From a bacterium (GTDB taxonomy: Bacteria > Joyebacterota > Joyebacteria > Joyebacterales > Joyebacteraceae): a stretch of 64,000 nt of DNA. The stretch lies in the NCBI GenBank assembly GCA_025774935.1, contig JALGZK010000017.1, forward strand, positions 3,308-67,307, given 5' to 3'. The notes under the pieces were generated by a model. That model was not told where the DNA came from, ran no database searches, and saw only the letters and a program-made list of their open reading frames with translations. The translations under genes were made by a program, and so were the position numbers. How positions within the stretch are numbered: position 1 is the first letter of the stretch; each line of letters opens with the position of its first letter. Positions 59,681 to 64,000 of this stretch are shown here, piece by piece.

Positions 59681-59716
59681 GAGCCCCGGCCATGTGGCCG
59701 GGGCTCTTCCTTTTCA
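59681..59716 (+). terminator. Intrinsic terminator of paralog F
   Basis: GAGCCCCGGCC-atgt-GGCCGGGGCTC then TTCCTTTTC. Confidence 0.6.
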
Positions 59717-59898
59717 CGTGCGCCTCTCCGACGGCCTCGTCGGCTGCTCCCGGGCACCGTTGCCCCCGGGGTCCCGGGCTCCGGGCGGCCACGACCAGCA
59801 GGGGTCGGCAGGGCCCGCCGCAGGGATCCCAGCGCCGTCTCCCGGCTTCTCGCCCCTCCCACGCCCTCCAGACCCCCCCAGGGGCCTCATCCTAACTC

Positions 59899-59927
59899 TT
59901 GACAAGTTCTGATACTCGTGATATCCT
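59899..59927 (+). promoter_or_regulatory. Sigma-70-like promoter (TTGACA-N17-TATCCT with TG extension) for paralog G
   Basis: TTGACA at 59899-59904. ~230-nt leader. Confidence 0.35.
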
Positions 59928-60164
59928 GATTATAGAGGGATGGCGACTCTCTGATTCAGACGGGCCATCGGGCCCACGGTTCGAGGGACACAATCCACGA
60001 TCTCGACTGCCCTGCTCCTCTCAGGGGAGCGCAGCAATGGAAGGAGGGCAGCCCGGGATAAGAGCAAGTCGACGGCACCGCGCCGAGCGCGATGCCGTCT
60101 GTTCACAGGTGGACCGGCTGCAGTCTCGCAGCCCCAAGTGCAGGTAGTACGAAGGAGGACGACG

Positions 60165-60686
60165 ATGAAGGTCCTGATGGTAGCGATCACGATTCTGGCG
60201 CTCACGTTCGCCGCCGGCGCGCGTGAGATCGACGGCGCGTACGTGTCCCTGACGTCGCCCGCGCCGCTCGACATCGTCCCGGCGACGGTGATGACGTTCA
60301 TCTTCTGGGTCCAGAACGACTCAGGCGACGCGGAGTGGCTCAGCAACATCCATATCACGTTCCCCGACGGCTTCAATCTCGTGGAGGGCTCGATGGGATT
60401 CGCCGAGATCGCCACAGGCCGACCCAGCTTCGACATGACCGTCAGCGGACAGACGGCTCAGTGGGACGACAACGACGGCGGCTACGGCGAGATCTACAGC
60501 ACCGAGGGCACGGAGGTGTGGGTCGACGCGTTCGTCCCGGGCTGCTACGAGTGCGGCGAGCTCTACTGGGAACTCTGGGGTGACGTCTGGGGCGCGGAGC
60601 CTCACTACGTCGACGGGGTCATCGACCTCTGCCCCTCGCCCGTCGAGGAGTCGACTTGGGGATCCATCAAGGCGCTCTACAGGTAG
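60165..60686 (+). CDS. Small secreted protein, paralog family 2 (G), tail SPVEESTWGSIKALYR
   Basis: ATG 60165 after GAAGGAGG. Signal MKVLMVAITILALTFAAGA-RE. About 50% identical to F. Confidence 0.8.
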   Translation: MKVLMVAITILALTFAAGAREIDGAYVSLTSPAPLDIVPATVMTFIFWVQNDSGDAEWLSNIHITFPDGFNLVEGSMGFAEIATGRPSFDMTVSGQTAQWDDNDGGYGEIYSTEGTEVWVDAFVPGCYECGELYWELWGDVWGAEPHYVDGVIDLCPSPVEESTWGSIKALYR

Positions 60687-60710
60687 GACCACACCCGCGA
60701 CGCGATCCGA

Positions 60711-60753
60711 GACGAAGAAAGGCCCCGGCATGGACTGCCGGGGCCTTTCACAT
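60711..60753. terminator. Bidirectional intrinsic terminator (paralog G on plus, tmRNA on minus)
   Basis: GGCCCCGGCA-tggac-TGCCGGGGCC perfect 10-bp stem flanked by A-run and T-run. Confidence 0.65.
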
Positions 60754-60754
60754 A

Positions 60755-61113
60755 TGGTGGAGGCGGCGGGAGTCGAACCCGCGTCCGAAAGCGATTCCAC
60801 ACGGACCTCTACATGCTTAGCCCGATCTTTGGATCTCGCCCCCCGGGTCTCCAATGGGCGGGATACCCGGCGAGCCAGCCACCGTATAGAGTTCGCCTCC
60901 TCACCCAGCGGCAAAGCTCGGAGACTATCCCGTGTAAGCGACGCCCCATCCCGGCCCCACGGGCAAAACCGGGTGGGACGCGTCCGCTCTAGTTAGCAGA
61001 CGTATGCCGGCTGGTAGTCGGCAGTTGAAAAGTCCCCGTTTGTTTAACGAGCCAACGGGACCTCGGCATGCCATCCGTGTTTCTCTCACCCCCGTCGAAA
61101 CCGGATCGCCCCC
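60755..61113 (-). ncRNA. ssrA: tmRNA (ssrA)
   Basis: Minus strand starts GGGGGCGAUCCGGUUUCGACGGGGG and ends GGGUUCGACUCCCGCCGCCUCCACCA (tRNA-Ala-like acceptor/T-arm + CCA). Candidate tag region GCCGACUACCAGCCGGCAUACGUCUGCUAA. Confidence 0.85.
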
Positions 61114-61209
61114 ATATGTCGATATCAATGAGCTCTGGCGCTTCTCCGCGCCAACTTTAATCTACCGCAGTCCTCGCGGGGAGTCAAGGTGTCGGGCGGC
61201 CGGGCGGGG

Positions 61210-61584
61210 TCAGTCGAGGTCGCGCTGCGAGAGCGCGCGGAAGTACTGGTACCTCACGCCGTCGCGCTCGACGAGCGCTTCGAACGCTTCCCTGATGCGA
61301 TCCGGGTTCGTGATGGCCGGATCGTACTCGACGATCGCGGAGTTGTTGCGAGCGTAGGTCGTGACGCTGATCATCCCCGGCACCTCGGCGGTCATCTTCA
61401 CGAATCCCATGGACGTGCCGCGGCACCGGACTCCCTCGACGATGTACTCGACCGTGCCCACCTCCGCCGGGCGCTCCACATCGAACGGGAAGTGGAGCGT
61501 CGGCACCCGGTACAGGTTCGCTGTGGCGAACGCCGCGACGACGAGCACCGCGATCGCTGCGGGGATGATGACCGCCTTTCGCAT
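61210..61584 (-). CDS. Membrane-anchored protein with degenerate heavy-metal-associated (HMA)-like domain
   Basis: N-terminal TM. YIVEGVRCRGTSMGFV ... SAIVEYDP resembles an HMA fold lacking the CxxC pair. Confidence 0.4.
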   Translation of the reverse strand: MRKAVIIPAAIAVLVVAAFATANLYRVPTLHFPFDVERPAEVGTVEYIVEGVRCRGTSMGFVKMTAEVPGMISVTTYARNNSAIVEYDPAITNPDRIREAFEALVERDGVRYQYFRALSQRDLD

Positions 61585-61642
61585 GATGTGTCTTCCTTCC
61601 CCGACGTCGGCCGCGACTCAGGCGGCCGCGCAGTTCCCGCTG

Positions 61643-62419
61643 CTACTTCCCGTAGCAGGACAGCTCGAGCGCTCCCGACTCCGGACACTCTGACACGCAG
61701 TCGAGGCAGTTGGTGCAGTTGCGGGCGGTCACCTCGATCTCTCGCGAGACCGGGATCTGGTGCGGGCACACCCGGTCGCACTCTCCGCACTCCGTGCAGG
61801 CTTCGGGGTTCCGCCGGACGCGGAGCCCGCCGTAGCGGGAGAGCGGGTCCATGACGGCGCCGAGCGGGCAGAGGTAGCGGCACCAGAAGAACGGAACGAG
61901 CACCGCGGCCGCGAGGATCGCGAAGAGGATGTAGAAGCTGAACGCGGCGGTCCCGTGTCCGCCCCACGTGAACAGGATGTAGAACGGGTCGTACGCGCGG
62001 AACCCGAGGTCGCCCTTCCAGACGGTCCACGTGAGCAGGAGCACCAGGACGAGCACGACGTAGCGGAGGTTCATCGCCCAGCGGTCGCCGCGGTCGGGCA
62101 GGTGGAACGACCGGCCGAAGACCTTCCGGCCCGCGCGGGAGAGCCACTCGCTCACTGTCCCGAACGGGCAGACCCAGCTGCAAAACGACTTCTTCGTCGC
62201 GATCGTGAGCACGAAGAGGGACACCATGAGGGACACGTTGAGCTCGGTAAGCCGGCACGTGTACTGGCCGTACCGCGCGAGCGGTAAGAGCGCTGCAACG
62301 CCCCCGAATGGGCAGTACGCCTCGCAGGTGTTCGGCGTCAGCCCGGCGATCCCCCTCGCCATGAGGACGACCGTGCCGGCCAGAAACGCGATCTGAACGA
62401 GTGTCCTGAGAACCCTCAC
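61643..62419 (-). CDS. Membrane-bound 4Fe-4S polyferredoxin (NapH/MauN/CcoG-like family)
   Basis: Multiple TM helices plus CTECGECDRVCP and CTNCLDCVSECP clusters. Confidence 0.7.
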   Translation of the reverse strand: MRVLRTLVQIAFLAGTVVLMARGIAGLTPNTCEAYCPFGGVAALLPLARYGQYTCRLTELNVSLMVSLFVLTIATKKSFCSWVCPFGTVSEWLSRAGRKVFGRSFHLPDRGDRWAMNLRYVVLVLVLLLTWTVWKGDLGFRAYDPFYILFTWGGHGTAAFSFYILFAILAAAVLVPFFWCRYLCPLGAVMDPLSRYGGLRVRRNPEACTECGECDRVCPHQIPVSREIEVTARNCTNCLDCVSECPESGALELSCYGK

Positions 62420-63354
62420 GCACCCTCTCCCACGGCTTCAGCCCACATCGACTCGAGCGACTCGCGGAGCCCGATCCGGGGCTCCCACCCGAGCTCCTTG
62501 ATCTTCGAGATGTCCGCGCGCATGACCGGCACGTCGATCTCCCTGAGTCGGGCGTCCTCGATCTCGACCGGCACGTCGACGCCCGCGACGGAGAGGAGCT
62601 CGTCGATGACCTCCCGAACGGAGACGTCGCGGCCTGAAGCCACATTATACACGGAGCCTACTTCCCCGCGCTCGAGAATCGCGTCGAGGGCCCCCACGGC
62701 GTCCCGGACGTCGACGAAGTCGCGCCGCGCCGTCACGAGCCCGACGTTCAGGCGGTCGGCTCCGCCCTCGCGGACTCCCGCCAGCTGCCGGACGAACGTC
62801 ATGGGGACGAGGCCCTCCGGCTGCCCCGGGCCGAGGAGGTTGAAGATGCGCGCGAGGGCAATCGGGAGTCCGGAGCCTGCCGACATCGAGAGCGCCACGT
62901 ACTCCTGCGCGACCTTGCTCACCGCGTAGGCCGTCACGGGACGGAGGGGCTGCTTCTCGGGAACGGGAAGGTCCCCGTCACCGATCACGCCGTACATCGC
63001 GGCCGAGCCCACCTGCACGATGCGGGTGTCCGTGAGACCAGCCGCCGAGAGCGCGCCGTACAGCCTCGCCGTGCCGACGACGTTGACGTCGAGGTAGAGA
63101 TCGAGGTCGGCGCCGCCGATCAGGCTCGCGAGATGGACGACCCCGGTCGGCCTGCTCTCGCCGACGAGCGCCCGCACGGCGCCGCGGTCGCGGAGGTCGA
63201 CCTTCCGGTAGTGGTCGCATGCGAGTCCGCCCGGGTCGGGCCGCTCGCTCGTCGCCCAGAGCTCGGTGACGGGATGGGACTCCCGGAGGTGCCGGAGCGT
63301 CCAGGCCCCGACGAAGCCGGTGGCGCCCGTCACGAGCACGCGGTCGTACGTCAT
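62416..63354 (-). CDS. NAD-dependent epimerase/dehydratase family protein
   Basis: VLVTGATGFVGAW Rossmann. YAVSK catalytic motif. Confidence 0.8.
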   Translation of the reverse strand: MTYDRVLVTGATGFVGAWTLRHLRESHPVTELWATSERPDPGGLACDHYRKVDLRDRGAVRALVGESRPTGVVHLASLIGGADLDLYLDVNVVGTARLYGALSAAGLTDTRIVQVGSAAMYGVIGDGDLPVPEKQPLRPVTAYAVSKVAQEYVALSMSAGSGLPIALARIFNLLGPGQPEGLVPMTFVRQLAGVREGGADRLNVGLVTARRDFVDVRDAVGALDAILERGEVGSVYNVASGRDVSVREVIDELLSVAGVDVPVEIEDARLREIDVPVMRADISKIKELGWEPRIGLRESLESMWAEAVGEGA

Positions 63355-63402
63355 CGATGAGCTTCCCTCTTGGAAGTCAGTGAGCAGATGCGGTCGGCGG
63401 GC

Positions 63403-64000
63403 TCAGCCCAGGAGCCGTTTGCGTATCTTCTCGAAGTCCTCGTTCGCGCGGTCGTAGTCGTCGGGCCGGCCGATGTCGAGCCAGTAACCGTCGTACGGGT
63501 AGGCCCGGACGTCGAGTCCCCTCTCGATGCTCGCGATCATGAGCTCGTCGAAGCCGAACGGTCCGGACTCGGGCACGAGGTCCATGACGGACCTGCTGAA
63601 CGCGTAGATCCCCATGCTGACGCTGAACCGCTCGTGCGGTTTCTCGACGAACTCGGTAAGCCGCCGCGTCTCCGCGTCAAACCCGAGCACGCCGAAGTCG
63701 ATCGTGACCTCGCGCTCGTACGTCGCGATCGTCGCGACCGCGCCGCTCTCGACGTGCGCGCGGAAGATCGCGGCGTAGTCGAGGTCGGTCAGGAGATCCC
63801 CGTTCATGACGAGGAAGTCCTCCGGTAGATCCTCGATGAGCCGGAGCGGGGCGATCGTGCCCAGCGGTTCGTCCTCGACCGAGTAGTCGACCGAGAGCCC
63901 CCACTTCCCACCGTCCCCGAAGTAGGCCATGAGGAGGTCCGCCATGTGCCCGACGGTCATCGTGGCGCGCTCGCACCCGGACGCGGCGAGCCTCCGTAGC
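63403..64000 (-). CDS. Sugar-phosphate nucleotidyltransferase (partial; N-terminus beyond window end)
   Basis: C-terminal portion similar to glucose-1-phosphate thymidylyl/mannose-1-P guanylyltransferases. Frame open to window edge. Confidence 0.65.
   Translation of the reverse strand, partial: LRRLAASGCERATMTVGHMADLLMAYFGDGGKWGLSVDYSVEDEPLGTIAPLRLIEDLPEDFLVMNGDLLTDLDYAAIFRAHVESGAVATIATYEREVTIDFGVLGFDAETRRLTEFVEKPHERFSVSMGIYAFSRSVMDLVPESGPFGFDELMIASIERGLDVRAYPYDGYWLDIGRPDDYDRANEDFEKIRKRLLG

Overview
High-GC (~68%) bacterial chromosomal segment with almost every gene on the minus strand; lineage unassigned. Region 1..9.2 kb: the 5' part of a large secreted caspase-fold cysteine peptidase (C25 gingipain/PorU-like; 3' end beyond window), a lipoprotein fusing a degenerate 5'-nucleotidase-like domain to a tetraheme c-type cytochrome (interrupted by an in-frame TGA), and a tandem array of small secreted paralogs, each with its own terminator, that all end in the same ~15-residue C-terminal tail (consensus SPVEDATWGAIKSLYR). 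Two more genes with the same tail but an unrelated mature domain sit at 59.1-60.7 kb. This shared tail next to a PorU-like peptidase is the best candidate for an undescribed sorting or processing system here. Housekeeping block 9.3-22.6 kb: tRNA-Val, mltG, an in-frame rluD-ruvX fusion, lspA, dksA, ileS, a PNP, yggT, yggS, a stand-alone MvhD-like protein, thiolase, 3-hydroxyacyl-CoA dehydrogenase, tdk. Region 22.6-36.3 kb: amino-acid and fatty-acid fermentation genes (birA, two Leu/Glu-type dehydrogenases, crotonases, butyrate kinase, acyl-CoA dehydrogenases, a methylcrotonyl-CoA-carboxylase-like biotin enzyme set, and an archaeal-type HMG-CoA synthase/thiolase/DUF35 triad). Region 36.2-58.6 kb: B12-dependent acyl-CoA mutase machinery (epimerase, two catalytic mutase subunits lacking a B12 domain, one separate B12-binding subunit, BCCP, biotin carboxylase, carboxyltransferase, MeaB, CobO) interleaved with a sulfatase, EtfAB, an HdrD-like CCG protein, and an HdrA split into two genes, each half fused to NADH-dehydrogenase-like 2Fe-2S domains and flanking a NuoF-like flavoprotein. 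Region 60.7-64 kb: tmRNA, membrane ferredoxin, NAD-dependent epimerase, nucleotidyltransferase (partial). No CRISPR arrays, IS elements or rRNA seen.
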